The notes: generated from the sequence alone by a model not told the origin. Counted from the stretch's first letter, positions 31,600 through 41,624 are shown. The stretch: 64,000 bases of DNA from an uncultured Fibrobacterota bacterium (GCA_963753345.1 CAVWBU010000034.1:1-64000); one strand, 5' to 3'. Translations and numbers: made by a program.

Positions 31600-32580
31600 A
31601 TGAAACGATATAACATCTGCTTTCATTTGTTAAGTGTTGTTGTCTTGCTCAACACTGCTCTAGCATTTTGCGAAAATTGGAAAGATACCGTTGAACCAAA
31701 CTACCAGCAGGCAGTAATCGATTATATCGAAAACAAAATGCCTTACAGGAATGAAGGAAAAACATTTGCCTATTGTGACTTTTTCGGCGAGACACCTTAC
31801 AATAACGGATTGACAATCTGCGCAGAGTGTTCTTATCTTACCTACCTGTTGAAATATGGTCAGATTATTTCAACCGGCGGCGGCAGTTTTGACGGGCTTT
31901 TTCATGTCAAGACCGTGGACAACAATCCATCCGTAGACTCAATGAAATGGAACTTGATAGCAAAATATTCCAGCGGCTTTTTCCCCAACCGGTACTATGA
32001 TCGTTATCTATCGCATGTAAAAAATCCCACTCCAGATTTTGTCTCCAAAAGAAAAGAAAACAGAGAAAGGATCATCTCCTATTTCACACCGCTCATGTTG
32101 AAAACCCGTTTGGTTAAAGTCAAGCCTCCGGATAACCGTCATGACCCGCACAATCACCCGGTGGATATTTACAGCTTTATGAATCTCCGGGATTCGTACA
32201 AATATCTCTCTTTTGTTCTTTTGTCCGACAGCGCAAGGCAGCACATGAAACCCGGCTTCGGGAACATCAGTTCATTCAAGTTCGATGTCTGGGAGACAGC
32301 AGACCCGAACGGACGTCTTTACTTCCGAGATAGAACGCGAAATGACAAGGTGTATGAAATTGTCGATCAGGTCAACTGGAGGCTCAGCGACATAAAGTGG
32401 AAGGACAATAGCACACTGGTTTTTGACCAGGACAACGGGACCAACCCGTTTGATGAAAAGGCCGTTTCGCCTGACGTTTACGGGGTTCATTTTGAAGTGG
32501 ACCTGGAAAAAAGGAAAGTCGTTTGGGCTGCGCCGTTTGGATTGCTCGGTTTTCCGGAAAGGATTCCAGCGGATCGATAA
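31600..32580 (+). CDS. Hypothetical exported protein
   Basis: Long AT-richer ORF with a signal-peptide-like N-terminus; no family recognised. Confidence 0.65.
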   Translation: MKRYNICFHLLSVVVLLNTALAFCENWKDTVEPNYQQAVIDYIENKMPYRNEGKTFAYCDFFGETPYNNGLTICAECSYLTYLLKYGQIISTGGGSFDGLFHVKTVDNNPSVDSMKWNLIAKYSSGFFPNRYYDRYLSHVKNPTPDFVSKRKENRERIISYFTPLMLKTRLVKVKPPDNRHDPHNHPVDIYSFMNLRDSYKYLSFVLLSDSARQHMKPGFGNISSFKFDVWETADPNGRLYFRDRTRNDKVYEIVDQVNWRLSDIKWKDNSTLVFDQDNGTNPFDEKAVSPDVYGVHFEVDLEKRKVVWAAPFGLLGFPERIPADR

Positions 32581-32818
32581 AAAGGACGGCGGCACGCGGA
32601 AAAGGCAGGAATGAAGAAATCGTCATTGGTCATTGGGAATGGGGGGAAGAAGGTGAGGTGTTTGGTGAATGGGAGAAAAGTGGGAGATGGGGATATTAAT
32701 CGGGGAAAATTGCAAGAGTTAAGATGATTGAAAACAGATGAATGGATGTCCTATGGCTCAGCAGGTTTGTATAAAACTGCGACTTGTTAATACCGTTTTT
32801 ATTTACCGGAGCTTATAA

Positions 32819-34174
32819 GTGGAAAAGTTTTTTGATTTCTTCATTAGCAAGCTTGAAAGCATATGGCACAATTTCTACTCATCCATTTTGCTTTCCGCGG
32901 TCGTTATTTTGAGTATAATTGCTTTTTTTAATAGCTCTCCTCATTGGTGTTTAATTTCATTGTGCCTAGGTGCTGCTGTAATTGTCATTTTCCTGTGGTT
33001 TGCTACGCATCATTTGCCAAAAGTACCTAAAGGTAAAATCGGAATTGCTATTTCCTTAATTTATGACCGGGAGTCTGAAGCCAAACAGGTCGAATTGGAT
33101 TTCATTACTGCTTTACGCAATTTACTTCAAAGAGATCCTGATTGTGCAAATATCGGAATGGTTGTCTTGCCAGAATATGTGTCGCTGAAACTGCAAGATA
33201 CTGCCAAATTTGAAAAGATTCTCAGAAAATGCAGAGCGCATATGCTTCTATATGGATCTGTTAAGCGGCGCAACATACAAGGGAAGGAAATGCATTTATT
33301 GAATGTTGAAGGTTTTATAAGACATGCTCCAATTCCGGTCGAGATAAGCAAGAGATTTGCCGAGGATTTTGCATGCTCAATACCGCGAAAGTTAATGCTC
33401 CCGACCGAAAATGATGCTCTCATCTTTGAAAGCGCATCTACTTGGTTTGATTTGAGTGCACGTTATGTAATTGGTGTTGCTGCATATCTTTCGGGATCGG
33501 TGGCGTATGCTGAGAAAATGTTTCTTCAAGTTGAAGACTCACTAAGGAAGTTAAAGTCGGCCCCTCCTTTCCTTCAAACGATTGCTAAGAAACTGCCATT
33601 CCGCTTTATCGAATTATATCAAATTTGGCAAAGTGCAGTTCATAGTGCTTACATCGCATCAGAGGATATTAATCTTCTTACATTCGAGGATACTCTGAAC
33701 GACAAACTCTTAGCAAGAGACCCAAAACACTATAGCGCTTGCCTTGCGAAATCGATTTCTGAATTTGTCTTACGCAGAAACATCAAAAAGGCAAAAGAAT
33801 ATTTACTCAATGTAGGTAGCAATAAAGATGCGACATGGCTTTATAACCTTGCTTTTTTATTCTGTTATGAAGGTGATTTGCCCAATGCACATGAGCATTA
33901 CCGAAAAGCATTTAGAATTGCAGTTGGAAATGTAACTGTCCCTCTTCAGTGCGAGGAATTTATTCAAAAAATATTGATAAAAGAGCCTGGAAAAGACCAA
34001 TTGTATTTCTCCTTAGGTCTTATAAACTACAATGCAAAAAAAGACTACTATGCCGCAAAAGATGATTTTACACAATTCATTGGAACAAAATGGGCAAATA
34101 ATTTTCCGAATGAAAAGACTTTGTCTGAGAAACTGATAAAGCGGTGCAACGAAAGAATAGAGAAAATGACTTAG
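32819..34174 (+). CDS. Hypothetical protein with two N-terminal TM helices and C-terminal TPR-like repeats
   Basis: 451 aa AT-rich ORF; YNLAFLFCYEGDLPNAHEHYRKA and YFSLGLINY...AKDDF are TPR-like. Confidence 0.7.
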   Translation: MEKFFDFFISKLESIWHNFYSSILLSAVVILSIIAFFNSSPHWCLISLCLGAAVIVIFLWFATHHLPKVPKGKIGIAISLIYDRESEAKQVELDFITALRNLLQRDPDCANIGMVVLPEYVSLKLQDTAKFEKILRKCRAHMLLYGSVKRRNIQGKEMHLLNVEGFIRHAPIPVEISKRFAEDFACSIPRKLMLPTENDALIFESASTWFDLSARYVIGVAAYLSGSVAYAEKMFLQVEDSLRKLKSAPPFLQTIAKKLPFRFIELYQIWQSAVHSAYIASEDINLLTFEDTLNDKLLARDPKHYSACLAKSISEFVLRRNIKKAKEYLLNVGSNKDATWLYNLAFLFCYEGDLPNAHEHYRKAFRIAVGNVTVPLQCEEFIQKILIKEPGKDQLYFSLGLINYNAKKDYYAAKDDFTQFIGTKWANNFPNEKTLSEKLIKRCNERIEKMT

Positions 34175-34294
34175 AAGGCCACCGCGATAGCAAATAGAGG
34201 AATCACAGCCAACAACACGCAATGGAATACCATTTCCGCTGTCGCCTTGTCGCATTGCTGATGGTGTCATGTCAGGCAATAGAAAGTCAAATTT

Positions 34295-35389
34295 ATGAAA
34301 AGTCACATTACAGTTGGAACCAATCAAGATGACCAATATCTAGTTGACCATTTTTTAACAGGCGATCAAATACGCTGGCCTGTTCCAAAAGATGCAGAAA
34401 TTGGTGATACTGTGTATTTACTTATTCCCTCATTATCCGGTTCTATTATTGCCAAAGGAATTGTTGCGACAACTCCTATCAAAAGCAATACTTGGCAATC
34501 AAAATATGAGTGCGCCTTGGAAAAGATTCGGTTCTCAGTCAACCAGCCGTATATTGAGGAAATTGCGGAAAGTATTCCAGAATGGGAGTATCCTAAATAC
34601 GCTCGTTCCTACACAACAATACCCGATGCACATGTAAATAACTTTGTTTCAATAGTTGGGGATTTTGATGATAGACCGCGTCTTTTTAGAGAAGTGAAAG
34701 AAGAAGAAATCATGAATGCTCTGGAAAATAATCTTTTCAGCAAAGTTGAAATAAAACTTCTTGGCTATTTTCTTGCAGCGCCAAACAACACATTAAACGC
34801 GATGCAAATGGCATCACTCATGGGGTATCCCAAATTTAATTCCGTCAATCCAATTATTGGATCGATTGGAAAGAAAATCAGCGAAAAGTATATGATTCAT
34901 CCAAGTTGGTGGTCTCAAGAGGACCCCAATTGGTGGTCAGTAATTGCTGACGGAGAAGAAGATGAATACTTTTTTTGGACACTAAAGCCGCAAATCGTGA
35001 AGGCTTTGAAGAATGCAAATTTCCCCATCAAAGACGGATTAGAGTATGAGCCTGATGAAATCGCAACCATTGAAGATGGTAATGAAGAAGGTAGAAGAAT
35101 AAACGTCTTTGTGAGCATTTATGAACGCGATGCAGCCAATCGCAAGGCATGCATAGCGTTCCATGGGTACAAGTGCTCGATTTGTAACTTTGATTTTGAA
35201 AAGGCCTACGGAAAGATTGGGAAAGGTTACATTCAAGTTCATCATATCATTCCCCTAAATGAAACAAAAACCATTGTAAAGGTGAATCCCAAGACCGATT
35301 TGGTTCCAGTATGCGCAAATTGTCATGCGATGATACATAGAAAAAAACCTGCATATTCCCTATTGGAAATGAAGTCCGAGTTGACTTAG
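34295..35389 (+). CDS. HNH endonuclease, McrA-like, with a possible EVE/PUA-like N-terminal domain
   Basis: YERD..NRKACI..HGYKCSICNFDF..YG.IGKGYIQVHH..PL...DLVPVCANCHAMIH. Confidence 0.85.
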   Translation: MKSHITVGTNQDDQYLVDHFLTGDQIRWPVPKDAEIGDTVYLLIPSLSGSIIAKGIVATTPIKSNTWQSKYECALEKIRFSVNQPYIEEIAESIPEWEYPKYARSYTTIPDAHVNNFVSIVGDFDDRPRLFREVKEEEIMNALENNLFSKVEIKLLGYFLAAPNNTLNAMQMASLMGYPKFNSVNPIIGSIGKKISEKYMIHPSWWSQEDPNWWSVIADGEEDEYFFWTLKPQIVKALKNANFPIKDGLEYEPDEIATIEDGNEEGRRINVFVSIYERDAANRKACIAFHGYKCSICNFDFEKAYGKIGKGYIQVHHIIPLNETKTIVKVNPKTDLVPVCANCHAMIHRKKPAYSLLEMKSELT

Positions 35390-35409
35390 TCATAACTCCT
35401 ACATTCCCC

Positions 35410-35583
35410 CGCCGGGTGCCCTGCCCCTCTTACCAAACTCCAACATGACCCGTGTGCCACAATTATCCCTGCTCATGCATCATCAATCCCGCACACTCTT
35501 TTCATTCCCCCGCCGTCAACCCCCCTCCTAAAACCCACAATTCCCCCGGTCTTCATTTATTGTAACGAAAGACAAAGGAGCAC
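35410..35583 (+). repeat. Direct repeat R1 (cassette-delimiting family)
   Basis: CGGGTGCC...CGTGTGCCAC...CATTCCCCCGCCGTCAACCCC...CCGGTCTTCATTTATTGTAAC...GGAGCAC. Confidence 0.85.
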
Positions 35584-36025
35584 ATCGCCGTCGCTCATTC
35601 TCTGCTCCTCGCTCCCCGCATCCCTCGCCTATTTCTGTTTCTCCGTCCTCACATAGATCCCATTCGCACTGCGCCCCGACACCTTTCCCGCTTGTGTTGC
35701 GTCCCGACGGGTGGCCGGATCTTCTCTCTAATTTTGAGACAGGCTGCACATCCCCCGTCAGGATATTTCTTTTGTTAGTATTTTGTTCTTGGCCTATTTT
35801 GCTTTGTGAAGCGAGATGGAATTACTATATTATCCAATGCACCCGCAAAAGGCAATACAGCGGATGTGTCCAGCCTACGCAAGAAATCATTCGCACGCCG
35901 CCCGGCAGAGTGCCGTTTGTTCGTCTTGACCGATTTCATTTGAAGACGGGCAGGAGCCCGCCTGGTCCCGAACGGCCGGACCCATTCGGGAAAACGAACG
36001 TCACCGGAGAGGAGTTGAGTATTCC

Positions 36026-36490
36026 ATGGAACCCCAAAAAACAACCTTGTTGAGACAGGCTGTTGCAGCCGGAACGATCGTCGTTGCCGTTGCCCTGTGC
36101 GGCGCGAATTCGCTGGCCGCGACGCCGGCTTCGATGGCTGTTTACAAGAAAGGGTCTGCCCCGCTGGTTTTCAATCTATCTTCCGTAAAGAATGTGACCT
36201 TCGGCCCGACGGCTGCCGGAAAGCTGAGACCTGTTGCCAGGGTCGTGCATTCGATCAGGTTGCTTTCATCCGCTGCCGGCTGCAAGTTCAGCCTTACGGG
36301 CGAACCAGGGACCACGGCCCTGTTCAAGCTCTTCGATCTCAAAGGGCGCGAAATACTCTCCAAAGATCTGCTGTTGGGCAATGAAGGCGTCGGAAGAATG
36401 ACGGTCCCTCCCATTGCCACCGGCCTGTACCTGGCCCAGCTCAAGAACGGCGCATCGTCAATCATGCAGCGCATCACTCTCGGTGAATAA
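36026..36490 (+). CDS. Small secreted protein consisting mostly of a T9SS-type C-terminal domain
   Basis: Signal peptide, short FNLSSVKNVTF module, CTD motifs LFDLKGR and ATGLYLAQL...QRI. Confidence 0.7.
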   Translation: MEPQKTTLLRQAVAAGTIVVAVALCGANSLAATPASMAVYKKGSAPLVFNLSSVKNVTFGPTAAGKLRPVARVVHSIRLLSSAAGCKFSLTGEPGTTALFKLFDLKGREILSKDLLLGNEGVGRMTVPPIATGLYLAQLKNGASSIMQRITLGE

Positions 36491-36501
36491 GGAAAACCCT
36501 T

Positions 36502-39500
36502 ATGAAAAAAATCAACTTCGCGGCCCTTCTCGTTTTCGTTGCCGCGTGCTCCGTCCTGGCGGCCAGAATGACCATCACCAGCTACGGCGTGCCGCACCGC
36601 TATCCCATCGGGCCTTTTGACCAGATCACGTTCGACGCAACCGGCCTGGTTGCCACCATCACCAGCCCGGGTTCACCGCAGCCCGTCGTTACGAAATATT
36701 ACCTTGGCTATTCGAATTCCGTCGTCCTGGACACGGTTGGCGGGCCGATTACTTCGCTCAATGTCAACGCTACGGATAACACCACCATTGCAATAGATTT
36801 CAACAGCATCGACAGCATCGTGTTCAGGCCGTCCGTTGATTCCACGGGCGACGACGACGCGGACGGGCTCAGCAACTATCTCGAACTCATGCTCTATCAT
36901 ACCGACCCGGAAAAGAGTTCCACCTCGGGCGACGGCATAGTGGACAAATGGAAAGTGTCGCATCAAAGCAACGGCATGCTCGTTGCGGACCTTCCGGAGC
37001 TTTCGGTCGCCATGGCAAAATTCCCGCAGGTATGGCTGGTGACCTCGTTGGATTCCACGGCGTCGGTTGAAAACACCGTTTCAAATACGTCCGGTTGGGG
37101 AAATCAGGAGCAATCCACCACGTCCACGACGGGCTCGCAGACCGCCAGCAACGAATTCGGCGTCAGTTTTGCCGAAGAGATGGGGTATTCATGGCAGTTT
37201 GGGTCGGTGGGGGCGCACGTTACTTTCACCATGGGCCAGCAATACAGTCATACCTGGCAGCAGGAAGTTTCCCAGGAAGTCGCGTCCTCCCGGCAGAGTT
37301 CGTACAACCAGACGCTCGGCCAGACCCAAACCGCAATAAGGCAGGCAGGCAAGACGATAAGCGGCGGTAAAATCACCGCGATGCTCAATCTCAAGAACAC
37401 CGGCGCCGTCGGTTTTACCATGACGGACCCGCAATTCACGCTCTATGGAATCACGTTTGTCAACGGCGTTGTGGCGGAAACCCCCATTTGCAATCTGGCG
37501 ACCGCCCCGGAGCTCAACGGCAGCAGCAGTGTGTTCAGCATCAATCCGGGCGCGACGGCCGTGGCCGGCGTGCAAGGCAGTCTGACGCTTGCGGAAGTGG
37601 CATATATCGGCACCTTCCCCATTCTCAAGGTCTCGTGCACGAGCGAGAACATATCCTACAACCCCACGCTTTCCGCAACGCCCATGAATCTGTCCGACGT
37701 GATGACCAATGTCAGGTCGGCGACCGCGCAGGTGATCGTTGATTTCGACAACGAATTGGCCGGCCAGCAGTCTCCCCTGTCGCGGTACGTGGCCACGCTT
37801 AACAAATACAACCCCGCAAACCCGACGGTAGCCGGGTACGGCCCGGTCTACCTCGGTGAAATGCTGACGGAAATGGGGCTCACCTATCATTTCGACTCTC
37901 TCGGATTCGTCGATGTAAACGGGCTCAAGCGCGGCGCGGCAAACGATTTCTTCAGCCGCCGATGGATTACAATGATCATCCACGCAGCGGGCGGCGCACA
38001 ACCGGGCGATACCGGTGTGGTGAACGTAGGGGCAAACGGCGGCCCGGACAGCGTCGTGGTAAAAACGGGCGACATAGTTTACGTATGCTATTCGGGCGAC
38101 GACGACCGGGATTCGGTCCCGAACTGCGTGGCGAAACTCTATGGGATTTCGGACACGACAAAGTCCAAGAAATGGCATGATTTTGACGGCGACGGCGTTT
38201 CGAACTTCCAAGAGATTTACGGTTGGGTGCCGATAGGAGGCACAGACACGGTCCACACCGACCCGGCAAACCCGGACTGCGACGGGGACGGTATCCTGGA
38301 CGGCGCGGATCCCTATCCGCTCATTCCACACTTGACAAACGCGTCGAATCTGCTGTCCTTCTCCACGCTCGACAACACCGTGCTCATCGAAACGATCCAA
38401 ATTTCCCCGCAATCCTCATTCGGCGCCCTTACCCGACCCCTCCCGGCGTTCCCGCGATATTATGCGGACCTCGATTCAATGCCTCTGCACTGCGTTGTAG
38501 TGCAGAACAGTATCGATTCCATCCCCATGGTGTACGATACCACGTTCAAAGACACGGTATCGACCTCGCCGCTCACCACCCGGTCGCGCTACAGGTTGAT
38601 GTCCACATCTCTCGCTCAGCATGTCTTGGCGCTCGGGCCGGATACGCTTACCGTGGTGACGCAACCGATGACCGGCGGCTCTCCGAAAACATGGAAGATA
38701 TCCGGTATTTCAACGCTTGAGAATGTGATGGGCGCTCCGCAGGCTTCCAACCTGCTTCCCGCAAACGTCTCCTCTACGGGGAGCCGATGGGCACGGATCG
38801 ATATTTCCGTTCAAATGGTTTCCGAGCAAATCGCGGCCGATCCAAGGACAAGCGGCATCATCGTATTCCGATCGAGCGGTCCGAACTCCGACACGTTCGA
38901 TCTCACCTCTCGAAACAGTCCCCTTGGCGCCGGAGAAAAGATAGGCACTCAGTCAAGCTGGGAAGTAGACACGGTTCTGTCCGCCCTAACGGCAAATGTC
39001 TCGTACACGTCGACGAACTTGAATTCCGGCACCGTGTGGAACTACCGCTCGGTACCGTACAATGTCGCAAATGGGAATATCTATTACTACGGAGCCAGTG
39101 CGGGTTTCACGTCCGCAAAGACATGGGAAATCTGGGTGTCCACAACTTGGGACTCCTTTACGTGCGCTCTCAGCAATTTCGGCTCGGCAACCGTGCTTGC
39201 GATGAACATGCGTTACCGGAATGTCAACGGAGACACCGGCGCACTTTCCACGGCGTGGGTGAGCGGGCCGTATTCCTATATTTGCGCCAACGGGACCAAG
39301 TATCCGGTGAAGTGGGTCGATTCGGCGCAAGTGCATGTGCATGACAGCGTCTGGACCAATATCAGCATGCTCAATTTTACCCAAAACGTGCAGCTTCTGA
39401 CAATCAATGTCGACAATCTTGCCGCGGGAGGTTTTACCGATCCGCTCAAGGTATTCAGCGGCGGCGTCGTGGCGGGGCAAGGCGCGTTCTGGGAACCCGG

Positions 39501-39678
39501 TCGAGACGGAAGCGCAACGTGCACCAATGTGCAGTTTACAAACAATATCGCCGTGCCCACGGCATCCAGCCCCAACGCGGTTACATTCCAGTCCACTACC
39601 CATACGGAAACAAACTGGGGGGCCGGAACCTGGGCGGCCAATATCGGTCCGATGAAATTCAGGTGGTGGTTCAAGTAA
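36502..39678 (+). CDS. Large secreted protein with binary toxin B/anthrax protective antigen-like Ca-binding and pore-forming region
   Basis: Signal peptide; DDDADGLSNYLE..YHTDPEKSSTSGDG..D.WKV; LVADLPELSVAM; Ser/Thr-rich hairpin; LNLKNTGAV; second Ca-binding cluster DFDGDG..N.QE..TDP.NPDCDGDG. Confidence 0.7.
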   Translation: MKKINFAALLVFVAACSVLAARMTITSYGVPHRYPIGPFDQITFDATGLVATITSPGSPQPVVTKYYLGYSNSVVLDTVGGPITSLNVNATDNTTIAIDFNSIDSIVFRPSVDSTGDDDADGLSNYLELMLYHTDPEKSSTSGDGIVDKWKVSHQSNGMLVADLPELSVAMAKFPQVWLVTSLDSTASVENTVSNTSGWGNQEQSTTSTTGSQTASNEFGVSFAEEMGYSWQFGSVGAHVTFTMGQQYSHTWQQEVSQEVASSRQSSYNQTLGQTQTAIRQAGKTISGGKITAMLNLKNTGAVGFTMTDPQFTLYGITFVNGVVAETPICNLATAPELNGSSSVFSINPGATAVAGVQGSLTLAEVAYIGTFPILKVSCTSENISYNPTLSATPMNLSDVMTNVRSATAQVIVDFDNELAGQQSPLSRYVATLNKYNPANPTVAGYGPVYLGEMLTEMGLTYHFDSLGFVDVNGLKRGAANDFFSRRWITMIIHAAGGAQPGDTGVVNVGANGGPDSVVVKTGDIVYVCYSGDDDRDSVPNCVAKLYGISDTTKSKKWHDFDGDGVSNFQEIYGWVPIGGTDTVHTDPANPDCDGDGILDGADPYPLIPHLTNASNLLSFSTLDNTVLIETIQISPQSSFGALTRPLPAFPRYYADLDSMPLHCVVVQNSIDSIPMVYDTTFKDTVSTSPLTTRSRYRLMSTSLAQHVLALGPDTLTVVTQPMTGGSPKTWKISGISTLENVMGAPQASNLLPANVSSTGSRWARIDISVQMVSEQIAADPRTSGIIVFRSSGPNSDTFDLTSRNSPLGAGEKIGTQSSWEVDTVLSALTANVSYTSTNLNSGTVWNYRSVPYNVANGNIYYYGASAGFTSAKTWEIWVSTTWDSFTCALSNFGSATVLAMNMRYRNVNGDTGALSTAWVSGPYSYICANGTKYPVKWVDSAQVHVHDSVWTNISMLNFTQNVQLLTINVDNLAAGGFTDPLKVFSGGVVAGQGAFWEPGRDGSATCTNVQFTNNIAVPTASSPNAVTFQSTTHTETNWGAGTWAANIGPMKFRWWFK

Positions 39679-39718
39679 CGAGGGCGCCCTGGTGCTCCCA
39701 AAGAGATATTTTGGCGGA

Positions 39719-39882
39719 CGGGTGCCTGCCCCATTCCTCCGTGTGCCACTATCATCCCTGATCGTGCATCATCAACCCTGCACCCTCTTTTCATTCCCCC
39801 GCCGTCAACCCCTCTCCTAAAATCCACAATTTCCCCTTAATTTTCCCGGTCTTCATTTATTTTAACAAAAGACAAAGGAACA
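39719..39882 (+). repeat. Direct repeat R2
   Basis: Same blocks as R1; supplies the AAGGA RBS for the ATG at 39889. Confidence 0.85.
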
Positions 39883-39888
39883 TCCTGC

Positions 39889-40722
39889 ATGCTTGTCGAA
39901 AACGACGGTCTTGTCATTCCGGAAGTCGGCGCCTGGGCAAAAGAGAAGTACGGCCTGGTCCAAACCTATTGCAGCATGTTTACTGGAGCGATGAAACCTC
40001 CCAAATGGCAGGCGCTTGTCTATATTGATTTGTTTGCGGGCGCTGGTTTTGGAAGGATAAAGAACACTTCGGAAATCGTCCCCACTTCGGCGCTGCTTGC
40101 CATTGACATCCCTGTGCGTTTTACGCGATACATTTCTTGTGACATAAACGCCGACAACATCGCGGCACTTCGGAACAGGGTTTCGCGTCTCTTTCCCGGT
40201 GTTGATTCCCGCTTTCTCTGCTGCGAAGTAAATACGGCTGTTGACCAGATCATCGCGGAAATGCCCGCGGCGGGCAAGGACCATAAGGTACTCGCTTTCT
40301 GCTTCGTCGATCCATTCAAGCTCGACGACCTTGCATTCTCAACCATTGAGAGAATGTCCAAGCGGTTCATGGATTTCCTTGTTCTTGTAGCTACCGACAT
40401 GGATGCCAACAGGAATGTCGCGCCATACATGGCCCCGGAAAATACGACCGTTGCCCGTTTCACCGGAAAAAAGGATTGGCGAACAAGGTGGGACCCGCTA
40501 TCAAATAAATCGTTCGGCCTATTTGTTCTTCACGAATTCTCCGCCCACATGCAGGACTTAAATTATAAACCGCAGCCAGTCGAGGAATCGGTCCTTGTAC
40601 GGAATTTTCAAAAGAACGCGCCATTGTACCGGCTGGCATACTTTAGTCGGCACGATCTCGGCAAGAAATTCTGGAGAGAAACGAAGAAGTCTGCCGACCC
40701 TCAGCTGAACTTATTTGAATAA
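39889..40722 (+). CDS. Three-Cys-motif partner protein (TcmP family, methyltransferase-like)
   Basis: VGAWAKEK, YIDLFAGAG, FVDPF, N.KNAPLYRLAYFSRH.LG.KFW; adjacent to a DUF5131 gene. Confidence 0.85.
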   Translation: MLVENDGLVIPEVGAWAKEKYGLVQTYCSMFTGAMKPPKWQALVYIDLFAGAGFGRIKNTSEIVPTSALLAIDIPVRFTRYISCDINADNIAALRNRVSRLFPGVDSRFLCCEVNTAVDQIIAEMPAAGKDHKVLAFCFVDPFKLDDLAFSTIERMSKRFMDFLVLVATDMDANRNVAPYMAPENTTVARFTGKKDWRTRWDPLSNKSFGLFVLHEFSAHMQDLNYKPQPVEESVLVRNFQKNAPLYRLAYFSRHDLGKKFWRETKKSADPQLNLFE

Positions 40723-40731
40723 GGACGACGC

Positions 40732-41454
40732 ATGTCTTCCAACTCCCGCATCGAATGGACCGAAAGCACCTGGAACCCCATAACCGGATGCACCAAAATC
40801 AGTCCGGGGTGCAAGAACTGCTATGCCGAACGCATGGCGAGACGCCTGCGGGCCATGCGGCAGCCCAACTATCGAAACGGGTTCAAGGTCACCATTCACC
40901 CGCACGCACTGGGACTCCCGCTCGCATGGAAGAAGCCCCAGATGGTTTTTGTAAATTCAATGAGCGACCTGTTTCATGCCCAGGCGCCGAGGGAATTCAT
41001 TCTCGAAGTCTTTGGCATCATGAACAGGGCGTGTTGGCACGTGTACCAGATCCTCACCAAACGAGCGGATCGGCTTTCAACTATGGATTCTTCTTTGCCG
41101 TGGTCGGAGAACATCTGGGCAGGCGTGACGGTCGAAAACCGGGAGTATTTGCAACGGGTCGAAAACCTTCGTAGGTGTCAGGCAAAGAACAAATTCATTT
41201 CCTTTGAACCCCTGCTGGGCAGCGTTGGACCTGTCAACCTTGACGGAATCAACTGGGTGATCGCAGGCGGCGAATCCGGCCCCCATGCGCGTCCCGTCCA
41301 AAAGGAATGGATCACCGAAATCCGCGACCAATGTATTGCCCAGGACAAGCCCTTTTTCTTCAAACAATGGGGCGGAGTTCGAAAAAAGAAGAACGGCCGA
41401 GAACTTGACGGCCGCGTCTGGAGCGAGTTTCCGGCGCGCTTGACAGTCGCGTAG
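40732..41454 (+). CDS. Phage Gp37/Gp68 family protein (DUF5131, three-Cys radical-SAM-like)
   Basis: IEWT..TWNPITGCTKISPGCKNCYA, FVNSMSDLFH, LTKR, SFEPLL, WVIAGGESG, FFFKQWGG. Confidence 0.92.
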   Translation: MSSNSRIEWTESTWNPITGCTKISPGCKNCYAERMARRLRAMRQPNYRNGFKVTIHPHALGLPLAWKKPQMVFVNSMSDLFHAQAPREFILEVFGIMNRACWHVYQILTKRADRLSTMDSSLPWSENIWAGVTVENREYLQRVENLRRCQAKNKFISFEPLLGSVGPVNLDGINWVIAGGESGPHARPVQKEWITEIRDQCIAQDKPFFFKQWGGVRKKKNGRELDGRVWSEFPARLTVA

Positions 41455-41539
41455 GTAGACAGCCTTCACCTTGTACCCTGACCGCAACCTCGGTTTACTT
41501 TAGGCAAGACATGTCATCGTCGAGAATTCACTCCCATGC

Positions 41540-41624
41540 TCCCCCGCCGTCACCCCCTCTCCTCCCGCCCGCAATTTCCCCTCAATTTTCCCGGTCTTCA
41601 TTTATTTTAACGCCGGAGGAGCAC
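41540..41624 (+). repeat. Direct repeat R3 (5'-truncated)
   Basis: TCCCCCGCCGTCACCCCC...CAATTTCCCCTCAATTTTCCCGGTCTTCATTTATTTTAACGCCGGAGGAGCAC. Confidence 0.85.

Noticed and set aside
32600-32720. G-rich stretch as an inverted copy of the R repeat
   Set aside because: Only short matches (GGGAAAATTG, ATGAAGA) plus compositional similarity; it cannot be aligned.
34205-34280. Possible attC between the TM-TPR and HNH genes (GCCAAC...GCAATG...CATTGC...GTCAGGC)
   Set aside because: The core sites deviate from RYYYAAC/GTTRRRY and the stem is weak.
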